Source: Candidatus Heimdallarchaeota archaeon (GTDB lineage Archaea; Asgardarchaeota; Heimdallarchaeia; JABLTI01). From it: 32,000 bases of DNA. Within the stretch, counting starts at the first letter, position 1. Each line of letters starts with the position of its first letter. A program made the translations under genes and the position numbers. Location: positions 1 to 32,000 of the forward strand of contig JAUWKS010000011.1 of NCBI GenBank assembly GCA_030614005.1. The letters are read 5' to 3'. The notes under the pieces are model-generated. The model saw nothing but the letters and a program-made list of their open reading frames with translations. It was not told where the DNA came from and did not search any database. Below, piece after piece: positions 7,130 through 16,663 of the stretch.

Positions 7130-8749
7130 TTAATCTTGTTCTGTTCTTTTTTTTCTTTTCAGTTTTGAAATGATTTTATGATAAATTTTCACTATTGCAG
7201 AAGTTTCTTCATTGCTTGTATTTTTGACAAAGAAATTAATTATTACAAAAAGGAATATTAGTAGAAAAGCGAATATGATGCTAAAGTTAAACAAAATTCT
7301 TCTATTGGTAGAATTGCTAAATCTATCTAAAGGATCAGTATTATGTAGAAATTCTTGCCCATCGGAAAAACCATCTTGATCAGAATCAAATAAAGTAGGA
7401 TCTGTTCCTATTTCATTTTCCCAATAAGTGCTCAGGTTATCGTCATCTTCATCAATGGTAAAACCGATAAAGAGTCTTTGGAAAATATAATCATATCTCC
7501 CTTCTGCAAATCCAGTAGTAACAATAAATCCTAGATCATTAATTGCTAAACTATTTATTCTACTTTGAAGATATTTTTCGTTTTTTCCAGACCAAATAAC
7601 TTTTCCGGCAGAATCAAACTTTGTCATAAAAGCAACATTTTGGTTAAAGAAATCAGAAGTTGAATATCCTGCAATAATAAAATTTCCAGATTCAACAATT
7701 GCCACGGTCAAACCAACTTCATCAAGTTCATTTGTACCAAAGGTAATCCGCTTTTTCTCAGTTCCAGTTAAATCGTAAAAAATAATTATAGTATCTTTAA
7801 AATTGCTAATTTCTGAATTTGTAAATTCCCCTACGATAACTAAAGAATTATTTGATATTTCAATAAAAAAATCATTGAGTATTATATTATCAGCTAAAAG
7901 TGAATTAATCTCCCAGATTATATTTCCTTCCAAGGTTAGTTTCTGAACGGAATATTGGTTGGTATCTGTTGAAGTTTGACTATTTTTGCTATTGAAAACA
8001 AAATACATTTCTTCATTGGCGGTATCCAAAATTAATTTGGGTGCATATTCATAAATTTCGCTTGGAAATTTTTTCACCCAGATATCTAGTCCTGTAAAAG
8101 AATCAAAACAAGCTAAAATTATATTGGGATTTGTGTCAATATCAATAAATTCTGTTTCAATACCCGCAATGAATAATTTGTTTTCAAAAATTTCAATTGA
8201 ATAACCAACTTCGGAATAATCCTCAATTCCAAAGGTGTTATTCCAAATTTCAATTCCAGAAGTTGCATCATAACAACCAATTAAAAAATCTGTATAGGTT
8301 ATTCGAGAGATGTTTGCTGTAGAACCAACAATATAAATTAGATCTGTAGCTTCATTAAAACAAAGATCATAGGCTACATCTGTAGAATTATAGTCGTAAA
8401 TAGCTATCCATACAAGTGATCCCGTTGAATTTAGTTTTCCTACGATAATATCTGATTCACCAAAAAAGTTAGTTAAAATAGTTCCAGTAAAGTAGCTGTT
8501 CCCTTGCTCATCAAAAACAATCGAACGTCCTTCAATTTCAAAGGATTCGCGAAAAGTGGTTGTTTTCCCAAAAAGATAATGAATATCAGCAAAACCTGGA
8601 TTTTGTAATATTTCATCAAAACCTATTGTTTGGTTACTAATATTTGCTAATGAAAATCCATTTTTATTTTCTGGCACAAATATGTTGCAGATTACTATGA
8701 ATGTAATAACAACCAATATTTTTCTAGTGATTATCATTCGCAATTTCAA
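7130..8749 (-). CDS. Membrane-anchored beta-propeller protein with TSP3-like Ca-binding repeats
   Basis: N-terminal hydrophobic signal; propeller-type repeats (DIIVGKLNSTGSLVW, GYSIEIFENKLFIAG, GLTVAIVESGNFIIAG); DEDDDNLSTYWENEIGTDPTLFDSDQDGFSDGQEFLHNTDPLD; C-terminal TM helix and basic tail. True start may be the ATG four codons in. Confidence 0.75.
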   Translation of the reverse strand: MKLRMIITRKILVVITFIVICNIFVPENKNGFSLANISNQTIGFDEILQNPGFADIHYLFGKTTTFRESFEIEGRSIVFDEQGNSYFTGTILTNFFGESDIIVGKLNSTGSLVWIAIYDYNSTDVAYDLCFNEATDLIYIVGSTANISRITYTDFLIGCYDATSGIEIWNNTFGIEDYSEVGYSIEIFENKLFIAGIETEFIDIDTNPNIILACFDSFTGLDIWVKKFPSEIYEYAPKLILDTANEEMYFVFNSKNSQTSTDTNQYSVQKLTLEGNIIWEINSLLADNIILNDFFIEISNNSLVIVGEFTNSEISNFKDTIIIFYDLTGTEKKRITFGTNELDEVGLTVAIVESGNFIIAGYSTSDFFNQNVAFMTKFDSAGKVIWSGKNEKYLQSRINSLAINDLGFIVTTGFAEGRYDYIFQRLFIGFTIDEDDDNLSTYWENEIGTDPTLFDSDQDGFSDGQEFLHNTDPLDRFSNSTNRRILFNFSIIFAFLLIFLFVIINFFVKNTSNEETSAIVKIYHKIISKLKRKKRTEQD

Positions 8750-9046
8750 GGGAGATGCACCAAATATGATTTATAGTTGTAGATAGTCTCTAGTTTTGAT
8801 AATTGAATTTGCTTAAACTAATACGTAAGATATCTATGCCAAAACATATAAACCATTACTATCGTTCGTCAACCGTATCAAGAAACGCGTATAAATCCCT
8901 TTAAAATAGGTTTTAAGAATATCTACCTAGCATTTAGATAAACAATTAGACTTATTAGGGGGTTTTTGTCTTTATTTACATCGTTCGATTAAATGAAGCA
9001 TTTAAAACGAACAATAATTCTGATTAAAGCTAAAGGATTTGCAAGA

Positions 9047-9526
9047 ATGAGCGGACCAGATAAGAAAAAGCTAGATAAAATGATCTGGCAGCTTCGAGAA
9101 GGTTGGGGAGAAAGTACCCGTGTTGAAGCAGCTCGAGATTTAGGTTGGATTGGTACAGATGTTGCTGAAGAAGCTGTCCCTGAACTAATTAAGGCTCTCC
9201 TAATTGATAAAAGTGAGAACGTTAGAGTAGAAGCAGCTATTTCCTTACAATGGATTGGTGCAAAAGCATCACAGGCAGCGCCATCTTTATGTAAAGCATT
9301 GAGAGAAGATCAGAGCGAAAAAGTAAGAGAACGAGCAGCTATTGTACTCCAATCAATGAGTGATTCTGCCAGCGAAGTAGTTATCGTACTTGAGAAAGCA
9401 AGAGTTGAAGATAAAAGTATGCAAGTCCGACAAGCTGCAACAACTGCTCTTGAGAAATTATCAGAAAAGTTTGGTTGTAGCGATACTGCAGAACTTATTA
9501 AACTATTCAAGATAAAGAAAAAATAG
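9047..9526 (+). CDS. HEAT-repeat (PBS lyase/E-Z type) protein
   Basis: Four ~35-aa repeats: STRVEAARDLGWIG, NVRVEAAISLQWIG, KVRERAAIVLQSMS, QVRQAATTALEKLS. The ATG at 9047 is preferred over the track start at 8993. Confidence 0.8.
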   Translation: MSGPDKKKLDKMIWQLREGWGESTRVEAARDLGWIGTDVAEEAVPELIKALLIDKSENVRVEAAISLQWIGAKASQAAPSLCKALREDQSEKVRERAAIVLQSMSDSASEVVIVLEKARVEDKSMQVRQAATTALEKLSEKFGCSDTAELIKLFKIKKK

Positions 9527-9617
9527 TTTGCTCAACTATTTATTCTGAACCCTTGTTTTTATTTTCTAACTTTCATATATCACAACTAAAATAAACAAGA
9601 GAATTCAAGTCATAATT

Positions 9618-11789
9618 ATGACGATACAAGATAGTGGAACAAAAAAGAATTTTATTTCTGTAGAAGATCTCTATCAGTTAAAACAAATATCTAATCCAAC
9701 TTTTCGACCCAATACAAACGAAGTTTATTATTCGATAAATCAAGCCAATAAAGACGATAATGGGTACAGAAATGCTATTTGGAAAATAGCTGATACACCA
9801 CAACAATTTACTCAAGGATTACCAAGCGATAGTAACATTAAATGGTCACCCGATGGAAAATTGCTTGCATTTATCTCTGTACGAGGAGTTCAGAGTAGCA
9901 AACCAAGTGCGGAAAGCGAACCACCAAAACCGCAGATTTACTTGATTCCTTTTGATGGAGGAGAAGCTATCCAGTTAACAAAATTACCAAATGGTGTGAG
10001 TAATTTTGAGTGGAGTTTAGATGGTACAAAAATCGTTTTCATTTCCAAATTTAATAAGGATGAGCTAGAAGCACCTTCTGATGAAGAACAAAAGGAAATG
10101 CTCCCAGAGGAAATCGCTCTGATGAAAATGAGTAAGAAGAAGCTAGAGGAAAAGAAAACAGAGCCAAGGGTAATAACTAGAACTGAATATCGTTCTGGAA
10201 CTTCGTATAAAGATGATAGAAAAGGGCAAATTCACATCATTGATCTTGAAAGTAAAAAAGTAAAGAGATGGACAAATACTATTGAAGATGACTATTATTT
10301 TGCCTATCTTTTACCTGATAATTCTAACGTTGTAACTGCCCGTCAAAAACCCGGAGAAGGTGATGAAACACGAAATTGGGAATTAGTGAAGATTTCTCCA
10401 AAAGGAAAGGTTACAGTACTAGTCAAAGATCACTACGGGTGGGGGTTGTATTTTGAGTTATCTTCAGACGGTTCAAAAGCAGTATCCTCTATCAGCGATG
10501 AAAACCTTGGAACATTAGCTCAAGATAAATTATGTGTGTATGACCTTTCAGACGGAACGAGAACACTCTTAGCTGAAGAAATCGATAATCACAAAAATAA
10601 TGCTATTTGGTCTGAAGATGATCAATACATCTATTTCACAGTTCCAGAAAAAGGACTGGCTGCAATTTGGAGAGTAAATGTTACTACAGATGAAACAGAG
10701 AAAATAGTTGGGGGAAAAAAAGTCATTGCAGGTTTTGATATATCAAAAGATGAAGAGTGGTTAACTTATCATGCTTTTCATGTAAATGATCCATCAAAGC
10801 TCTATCGATATCACCTACCAACAAATAAAGAAGAATTACTTGATGCTCCAAATCAAAAATTCCTCAAGAAAAAGGCACTCGGAAAAACAGAAGAGGTGTG
10901 GTATTATGGAAATAATGCCGACTACAAAATCCAAGGCTGGATCTTAACTCCACCCGAATTTGATTCAAATAAGAAACATCCACTAGCTTTGAATATGCAT
11001 GGCGGACCTCACGTTATGTGGTCAAATCACCAAGCTATCCCAATGTTCCATGAATTTCAATTATTAGCTGCTGCAGGATATGTCGTCTTTTATTGCAATC
11101 CTCGTGGAAGTGATGGCTACGGTCAAGAATTTTATCAGGCAATTGAGAAAGCTTGGGGAGATGATGATTCACAAGATATCCTCAATGGTGTAGATCTTGT
11201 TGTTAAAAAAGGTTACATCGATGAAAAACGAATGGGTATTACCGGTGGCTCCTATGCTGGATTTATGACCGCTTGGATAGTAGGTCATGATAATCGTTTT
11301 GCGGCAGCAGTTAGCCAAAGAGGTGTATACTTCTTATCAAGTTTCTGGGCAACCACAGATAATGCTCGAGTGCTCATTGATGATGAATTTGGAGTATCTC
11401 CGCTTGAAGACAATCCATTTCTGTGGGAACGATCACCAGCTGCTTTTGCAGAAAATATCACAACACCAATAAGAATAATTCATGGTGAACAAGACTATCG
11501 TGCACCTATTCCCGATGCTGAAATGCTGTACCAAGGGATAAAACGCTCTCATCCTGAATTAGATGTTGAGTTAATTAGGTACCCCAGTGAAGGACATGAA
11601 CTATCCCGTTCAGGGCAACCAACTAGACGCCTTGATAGATTGGAGAAAATTATTGAATGGTTTGATAAATATTGTCAACCAGAAAAATACAAATCAATAG
11701 AAGAGCAGAAGAAAGCAACTGAAAAATTAAAGAAAGAAGCTTTTGAACAGCTCAATGAGAAAATAAAAGAACTTAAGAAAGAAAAGTAA
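9618..11789 (+). CDS. S9-family serine peptidase (acylaminoacyl/dipeptidyl aminopeptidase-like)
   Basis: N-terminal propeller (IKWSPDGKLLAF, FEWSLDGTKIVF), HGGPH, nucleophile GGSYAG, HGEQDYR acid and EGHEL histidine; K/E-rich C-terminal helix. Confidence 0.92.
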   Translation: MTIQDSGTKKNFISVEDLYQLKQISNPTFRPNTNEVYYSINQANKDDNGYRNAIWKIADTPQQFTQGLPSDSNIKWSPDGKLLAFISVRGVQSSKPSAESEPPKPQIYLIPFDGGEAIQLTKLPNGVSNFEWSLDGTKIVFISKFNKDELEAPSDEEQKEMLPEEIALMKMSKKKLEEKKTEPRVITRTEYRSGTSYKDDRKGQIHIIDLESKKVKRWTNTIEDDYYFAYLLPDNSNVVTARQKPGEGDETRNWELVKISPKGKVTVLVKDHYGWGLYFELSSDGSKAVSSISDENLGTLAQDKLCVYDLSDGTRTLLAEEIDNHKNNAIWSEDDQYIYFTVPEKGLAAIWRVNVTTDETEKIVGGKKVIAGFDISKDEEWLTYHAFHVNDPSKLYRYHLPTNKEELLDAPNQKFLKKKALGKTEEVWYYGNNADYKIQGWILTPPEFDSNKKHPLALNMHGGPHVMWSNHQAIPMFHEFQLLAAAGYVVFYCNPRGSDGYGQEFYQAIEKAWGDDDSQDILNGVDLVVKKGYIDEKRMGITGGSYAGFMTAWIVGHDNRFAAAVSQRGVYFLSSFWATTDNARVLIDDEFGVSPLEDNPFLWERSPAAFAENITTPIRIIHGEQDYRAPIPDAEMLYQGIKRSHPELDVELIRYPSEGHELSRSGQPTRRLDRLEKIIEWFDKYCQPEKYKSIEEQKKATEKLKKEAFEQLNEKIKELKKEK

Positions 11790-11840
11790 TTTTTCTTTCC
11801 TTTCTATTCTTTTTTTGATACTGAAGAATTCTTCAGATTT
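11790..11840. terminator. Putative bidirectional terminator between convergent genes
   Basis: T-tracts after the peptidase stop, plus a perfect 16-bp palindrome CTGAAGAATTCTTCAG at 11821-11836. Confidence 0.55.
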
Positions 11841-12977
11841 TTATTCCTGACTGTTTGGTTCTAATTTCTTATAACCATGTTGCTCTCTGATGAAATCCCA
11901 ATATTTGTTAACTCGAGTAATGATATCATCAGATATAGTGTGCTTATTTGGTTTGAATGATGCTTGCGATTCAACGTATTTGATGAACCTGTCTTTTGAA
12001 TCTTCAAATCCATCAATTCGTAAATCTTTGTAAACTTTCTCTATGAAGTACATTGGTTTTTTAAGAAATTCTTCATATTGAATTTCTACGAGATTCTCTT
12101 TAGGAATTAATTTTCGATCTACATTGAATTTTTCATACATCTCTTTGTAATTTTCCAAAATTCCTTCTTGTAAATCTTCATCTTTCCAAGTCTGTAAAGC
12201 ATAGATAGCAAACACTTCTCTGAAAAATCTTAGTGTTGAGGAATACATTTCGTAAGGATCACGATAGATATGAATGAATTTTGCATTTGGATACATATCC
12301 AAAATTGTTTTCAATCTGTAAGTGTTTGCAGGATTTTTAAGGAAAAGCATTTTTCCATCGTACTTCAAGGTCATCTTTTTAACAAAATAATCATATCTTT
12401 TTCTCCAATTCACCAAATCCTTTGAGGGACATTTGTCAAAGGAATTATATTGAGAATACAGTTTGAAGTTCTTTGGAAAGATGAATCCATTATAAAATCC
12501 AAATTTATCTGTAGCGCCAATGGCGTATTCTTCTTCTGTTGGTTCATCGCTACCCATGATTACATCATCCATAGGTCTGCTTTCTGGTAATGAGTAATCC
12601 AAAAGTCCTTTAGTAAATTTCTCAAATGCTAAGAAATAATGAGGGGCATAAGCTTCCAAGTTGGAAACGTAACCTTTGCTCTTGTCATGAGCGAGAGTAG
12701 TGATAAGAAAGGTTGTGCCAGTACGATAGTGACCAATAATAAATAATGGATCTGTTTTAACAACCGTTTTTTTGATTTTCCGGTTAAAACGTATTTTCTC
12801 AATCCATCCTAAAGGAGCTGTTAACCAAGCCAAAGTTATTGCATACCAAAATCTGGGCCAATATTTAATATGTATTCTAAATTTGTTTTGCCATAAAACA
12901 CGGAAAATATTGGACAATGTAAAACCTGCGAGAGGTTCCTCTTTAACTACTAAGTGTATGTATTTATTTTCATTCAT
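11841..12977 (-). CDS. PAPS-dependent sulfotransferase (Sulfotransfer_3 / Stf3-like), paralog A
   Basis: 5'-phosphosulfate-binding loop PLFIIGHYRTGTTFL, SRPMDDV..GSDEPTEEE, KNPAN and 3'-phosphate-binding IHIYRDPYEMYSS. Confidence 0.88.
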   Translation of the reverse strand: MNENKYIHLVVKEEPLAGFTLSNIFRVLWQNKFRIHIKYWPRFWYAITLAWLTAPLGWIEKIRFNRKIKKTVVKTDPLFIIGHYRTGTTFLITTLAHDKSKGYVSNLEAYAPHYFLAFEKFTKGLLDYSLPESRPMDDVIMGSDEPTEEEYAIGATDKFGFYNGFIFPKNFKLYSQYNSFDKCPSKDLVNWRKRYDYFVKKMTLKYDGKMLFLKNPANTYRLKTILDMYPNAKFIHIYRDPYEMYSSTLRFFREVFAIYALQTWKDEDLQEGILENYKEMYEKFNVDRKLIPKENLVEIQYEEFLKKPMYFIEKVYKDLRIDGFEDSKDRFIKYVESQASFKPNKHTISDDIITRVNKYWDFIREQHGYKKLEPNSQE

Positions 12978-13096
12978 TGTGACAAATCCACCTGTTTCTA
13001 TCCGTAATGGTTAATAGGTTGCCAAACCTAGGAGAATGAAAACGTTTGCAAATATTAATTTTATGTCTTACTACTGTAATAAGAGAGAAAAAAGAA

Positions 13097-14233
13097 TCAA
13101 GCTGAGCTTTTAGGCTCAAGCTTTTCATAACCGAATCTGTCAAAAATAAAACTACATTCTTTATTCACTTTGGCAATTAATTCATCTGAAAAATTATACT
13201 TTCTAGGTTTGTAATCCTTATCTGTTTCGAGATATTTTTGCATGCCTTCTTTTGCTTCTAAAAATCCTTTAATTTTCAAATCAGAATACACTTTTTCCAT
13301 AGTTTCGAGAGGTTTGATAATAAAGTCCTCGTAGCGAATATACAAAATATTTTCTTTAGATATATCTTTTACATCATCATCTATTTTTTCAAAAAGTTCT
13401 TTGTAAATACCCAGAATATTGTTTTTGTATTCTTCTTCATTCCATGTTTGAAGTGAAAAAATACGTGAAGTATCTAAATGGAATTTTATTGAAGAAGCAA
13501 AGACTTCATACGGATTACGATATAAATGAATATACTTTGCTTTTGGATACATTTTATTCAAATGTTCCATCCGATAGGAATTAGCAGGGTTTTTTAAAAC
13601 CATTCTTTTATTATTATTCCTTAAAGCAACTTTTTTGATAAAGAATTCATAACGCTTTTTCCAGCGTTTCAAATCTTTGGGCTTAGCATCATCAAAAGAT
13701 TTGTAACTTGCATATGTTTTGAAATTTCTTGGAAAAATCATGCTATGAAAGTATCCGTATTTATCATACGCACCCAAAGAATGTTCTTCTTCTCCAGGTA
13801 AATCAGCATTGATTTTTATCTCATCCATCGGTCTTGTTTCCGGAAGAGAAGCAATAATCAATTTTCGAGTAAAATTTGGAAATGCCAAAAAGAACTGAGG
13901 AGCATACACTTCAATGTTTGATACTAATCCTTTGCTTTTATCTTGAGTAAAAAGATAATGCATAAGTGTTGTGCCACTTCTCCAATGTCCTACAATAAAA
14001 ATAGGATCTTCGGCTAATTTGTAATTGTTAACTTTGCGATTAAATCTTACTCTTTCAACAAAACGCAGAGGAGCTGTAATTAGAGTCAATGTAAATGCAT
14101 ACCAAAGTCTAGGCCAATATTTTATATGAACCCTAAATTTATTTGTCCAAAGTAAACGTAAAAGGTTACTTGTCGACCCACCGCCTAGTGGGCATCTGTT
14201 AATTATCCAATGATCTTTCAAAAATGAGTCCAC
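13097..14233 (-). CDS. PAPS-dependent sulfotransferase (Sulfotransfer_3 / Stf3-like), paralog B
   Basis: PIFIVGHWRSGTTLM, TRPMDEI...DLPGEEE, KNPAN, IHLYRNPYEVFAS. GTG start; same length (378 aa) as paralog A. Confidence 0.88.
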   Translation of the reverse strand: MDSFLKDHWIINRCPLGGGSTSNLLRLLWTNKFRVHIKYWPRLWYAFTLTLITAPLRFVERVRFNRKVNNYKLAEDPIFIVGHWRSGTTLMHYLFTQDKSKGLVSNIEVYAPQFFLAFPNFTRKLIIASLPETRPMDEIKINADLPGEEEHSLGAYDKYGYFHSMIFPRNFKTYASYKSFDDAKPKDLKRWKKRYEFFIKKVALRNNNKRMVLKNPANSYRMEHLNKMYPKAKYIHLYRNPYEVFASSIKFHLDTSRIFSLQTWNEEEYKNNILGIYKELFEKIDDDVKDISKENILYIRYEDFIIKPLETMEKVYSDLKIKGFLEAKEGMQKYLETDKDYKPRKYNFSDELIAKVNKECSFIFDRFGYEKLEPKSSA

Positions 14234-14723
14234 CTTAATTTCTAAAATAGATTGAATGCCAATTCATCCCTAGTAACTTTAGAATGAATATAATTGTTTT
14301 GCTAAAAAAAGTCCGTTCTCTACAATATTTCTGTTTTTTTTAAAAATATTGAAAGAAATAATTTTAAAATTGAAAAGATGGAAACTATTATTGAAATTAT
14401 TGGTTGATTAGGGGAAGAAACTAGCATTGAAAAAGATTATTTGCTTGAAATAGATTTTTGATATCAAGTTTTTCAAATTGAAACTGTTTTGTGATAACTC
14501 ATTATGATTTTAATGCATCAAATATTCTGATAAATCTAACAATTGAGTAATTTATCGAGTATAATAGATTTTGAGGAATGCATAACAAAAGATACACAGC
14601 TTTTGATTTACTTTTTATAACAAAGGATTTGAATTTATAAAAAAATATTTTTAGAAAGACATTAAATTTTTTTCCAAAATTGAAGTGCCATTTAGAAAAA
14701 GAAGAAAGAAATAATTCCTACTC

Positions 14724-15275
14724 TTAGCTTGAGTTGGGAATCAATTTTTCTTTTTCGAGATAAGCAATGATTATCTTAATGCTTTCTTCTACTGTTTCAT
14801 CTTCAGTATTACAGATGATTTGAGGATTAGGTGGAGCTTCGTAAGGATGGCTTACACCTGTGAAATCCTTTATTATGCCAGCAAAAGCTTTTTCGTACAA
14901 TCCTTTAACATCTCTTCGAGCACATTCTTCTACAGAAGCATTTACGAAAACTTCAATGAAGGGAGCATTTTCTCCATTTGCTTCTTTACGAGCAGTTTCT
15001 CTTGCAGCAATAAATGGAGAAATGAAAGATACTAGAGTTGCTACTCCATGTTTTGCTAACAATGTCGTAACAAAGGTTATTCTTTCAATATTCAAATTTC
15101 GATCATCTACTGAAAAGCCGAGATCTCTTGTAAAGGTCTTTCTAACGATATCTCCATCAAGCCTTTGCACTCGCAAATCTCTTTCAAGGAGCACTTTTTC
15201 TAATTCAACAGCAATTGTTGTTTTGCCCGAACCGGATAGGCCGGTAAACCATAATACAAAACCTGGGTCGTTCAT
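14724..15275 (-). CDS. cysC: Adenylyl-sulfate (APS) kinase
   Basis: VLWFTGLSGSGKTT P-loop, LDGDIVR, DRNLNIERI, FISPF...RE, RDVKGLY...FTGV..PYEAP. Confidence 0.95.
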   Translation of the reverse strand: MNDPGFVLWFTGLSGSGKTTIAVELEKVLLERDLRVQRLDGDIVRKTFTRDLGFSVDDRNLNIERITFVTTLLAKHGVATLVSFISPFIAARETARKEANGENAPFIEVFVNASVEECARRDVKGLYEKAFAGIIKDFTGVSHPYEAPPNPQIICNTEDETVEESIKIIIAYLEKEKLIPNSS

Positions 15276-15309
15276 TAATTTTCACTCTCAATAATTTTTT
15301 AATTTCATT

Positions 15310-16464
15310 TTACTTTACAAATAACTCCTTTTGTTTTAAGAGGTATTCAGCAACTTCAGGACGCATATATTCAGTTAACCCGTCAAGTTGTTTATCGACA
15401 ATCATTTTTCTGATTTTTTTACCGCTAATCATTTTTTGATATTCAGTGCCATCATGTGGACAAGTGTAATCATTCACTACTCCACCACATTTATCACATT
15501 TGAAGAATGAACGGAAGCAAATTGGTTTAATTTCCAAATCAGGGAATTTATCAAAAATAGCGTGTGCATCAAATGGACCATAATAGCTACCAACACCTGC
15601 ATGGTCTCTTCCGACGATGAAATGACTGCAACCAAAATTCTTTCTCATAATAGAGTGGAAAATTGCTTCTTTTGGTCCACCGTATCTCATTCTCGTTCTG
15701 AGAATACCCATCATTGTTCTATCTTTGCGATAATAGTTGTCCATAAGAACATTGTAGGCACCTAAAATAACTGGATCAGTGAAATCATTTGTTTTCTTTT
15801 TACCAATGATTGGGTTAACAAATAATCCATCTACCATTGTTAGTGCGGCTTTCTGTACGTATTCATGCCCTAAATGAGGAACATTTCTAGTTTGAAAACC
15901 TACAACAGTCTTCCAACCCTTTTTCTCAAACAGAGCCCTTGTTTGTTGTGGATAGAAAGTGTATTCTTTAAAATCAGTGATAAAAGTGTTTACAAGATCA
16001 ATTTTACCTGCAAATAAATTATCATTGGAATTAAGTACTTTTTCTACACCAGGATGAGCTGCATCGAGGGTTTGAAAAGAACTTTCTGCGATAGCTTTCT
16101 TCTCGTGCTTATAGATTTGTTCTAGATGTAAAACAGCAATAATTTTTCCTTCACTATTCGTTAAGGCAATATCATCACCTTCTGAATAGTTTTTTGCAGT
16201 AACATCATTGACATCGAATGTAATAGGAATGGTCCATGCTAAATCATTAACAAGTCTGTCATTTTTGATGATGGATTGAACATCCTCTTCCACCATAAAA
16301 CCTTCGAGAGGACTAAAAACACCGTGTGCGATGTTATAAAGATCCTCAATGACTTCATTGTTTACCTCTAGTTTTGGCATAGATTGAAATTCCGATTCAA
16401 TTCGAGCTTTATCTTTTTCTGGTAAGACTTTATCAGTTAGCTTATTACCGTGTGGGTTAATCAT
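15310..16464 (-). CDS. sat: Sulfate adenylyltransferase (ATP sulfurylase, homo-oligomeric Sat type)
   Basis: MINPHG start with a GGAGA SD upstream, FSPLEGFM, FQTRNVPHLGHEY, MRYGGPKEAIFHSIMRKNFGCSHFIVGRDHAGVG and C-x2-C...CPH zinc site. The 94-aa N-terminal extension in the ORF track is not supported. Confidence 0.95.
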   Translation of the reverse strand: MINPHGNKLTDKVLPEKDKARIESEFQSMPKLEVNNEVIEDLYNIAHGVFSPLEGFMVEEDVQSIIKNDRLVNDLAWTIPITFDVNDVTAKNYSEGDDIALTNSEGKIIAVLHLEQIYKHEKKAIAESSFQTLDAAHPGVEKVLNSNDNLFAGKIDLVNTFITDFKEYTFYPQQTRALFEKKGWKTVVGFQTRNVPHLGHEYVQKAALTMVDGLFVNPIIGKKKTNDFTDPVILGAYNVLMDNYYRKDRTMMGILRTRMRYGGPKEAIFHSIMRKNFGCSHFIVGRDHAGVGSYYGPFDAHAIFDKFPDLEIKPICFRSFFKCDKCGGVVNDYTCPHDGTEYQKMISGKKIRKMIVDKQLDGLTEYMRPEVAEYLLKQKELFVK

Positions 16465-16663
16465 TATTGACAATCTCCAGTAATTTAATTGAAATATAGA
16501 TTTAATTTCAATAACTAGTAATAGATGAAATATCCAAGGTGCTTTTTCAAGCTTGGACAATTTGAATGCCTGTGTCCGAATAAAGAAATTTAACCTCAAA
16601 TTAATAAGTGTATTGAAGAATATTTCAAATTGAGTAAACATCTCACCAAAGAAAAAAGCTCCT

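Noticed and set aside
2340-9551. Identical 12-mer TTATTCTGAACC downstream of two genes (2340-2351 and 9540-9551)
   Set aside because: A rough estimate gives about one such 12-bp match by chance among the AT-rich intergenic sequence here, and no third copy was seen.
14345-14490. ATTGAAA(C/G) copies resembling the 3' end of CRISPR repeats
   Set aside because: Only 7-8 bp are shared, spacing is 18-36 bp rather than about 60-75 bp, upstream repeat bodies are not conserved, and no cas genes are in the window.
14860-15294. 144-aa plus-strand ORF
   Set aside because: It is an antisense shadow of the clearly conserved cysC gene.
15310-16464. Sat as a marker of dissimilatory sulfate reduction or sulfur oxidation
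   Set aside because: It is paired with APS kinase and sulfotransferases; no aprAB, qmo or dsr genes are in the window. The rest of the genome cannot be assessed.
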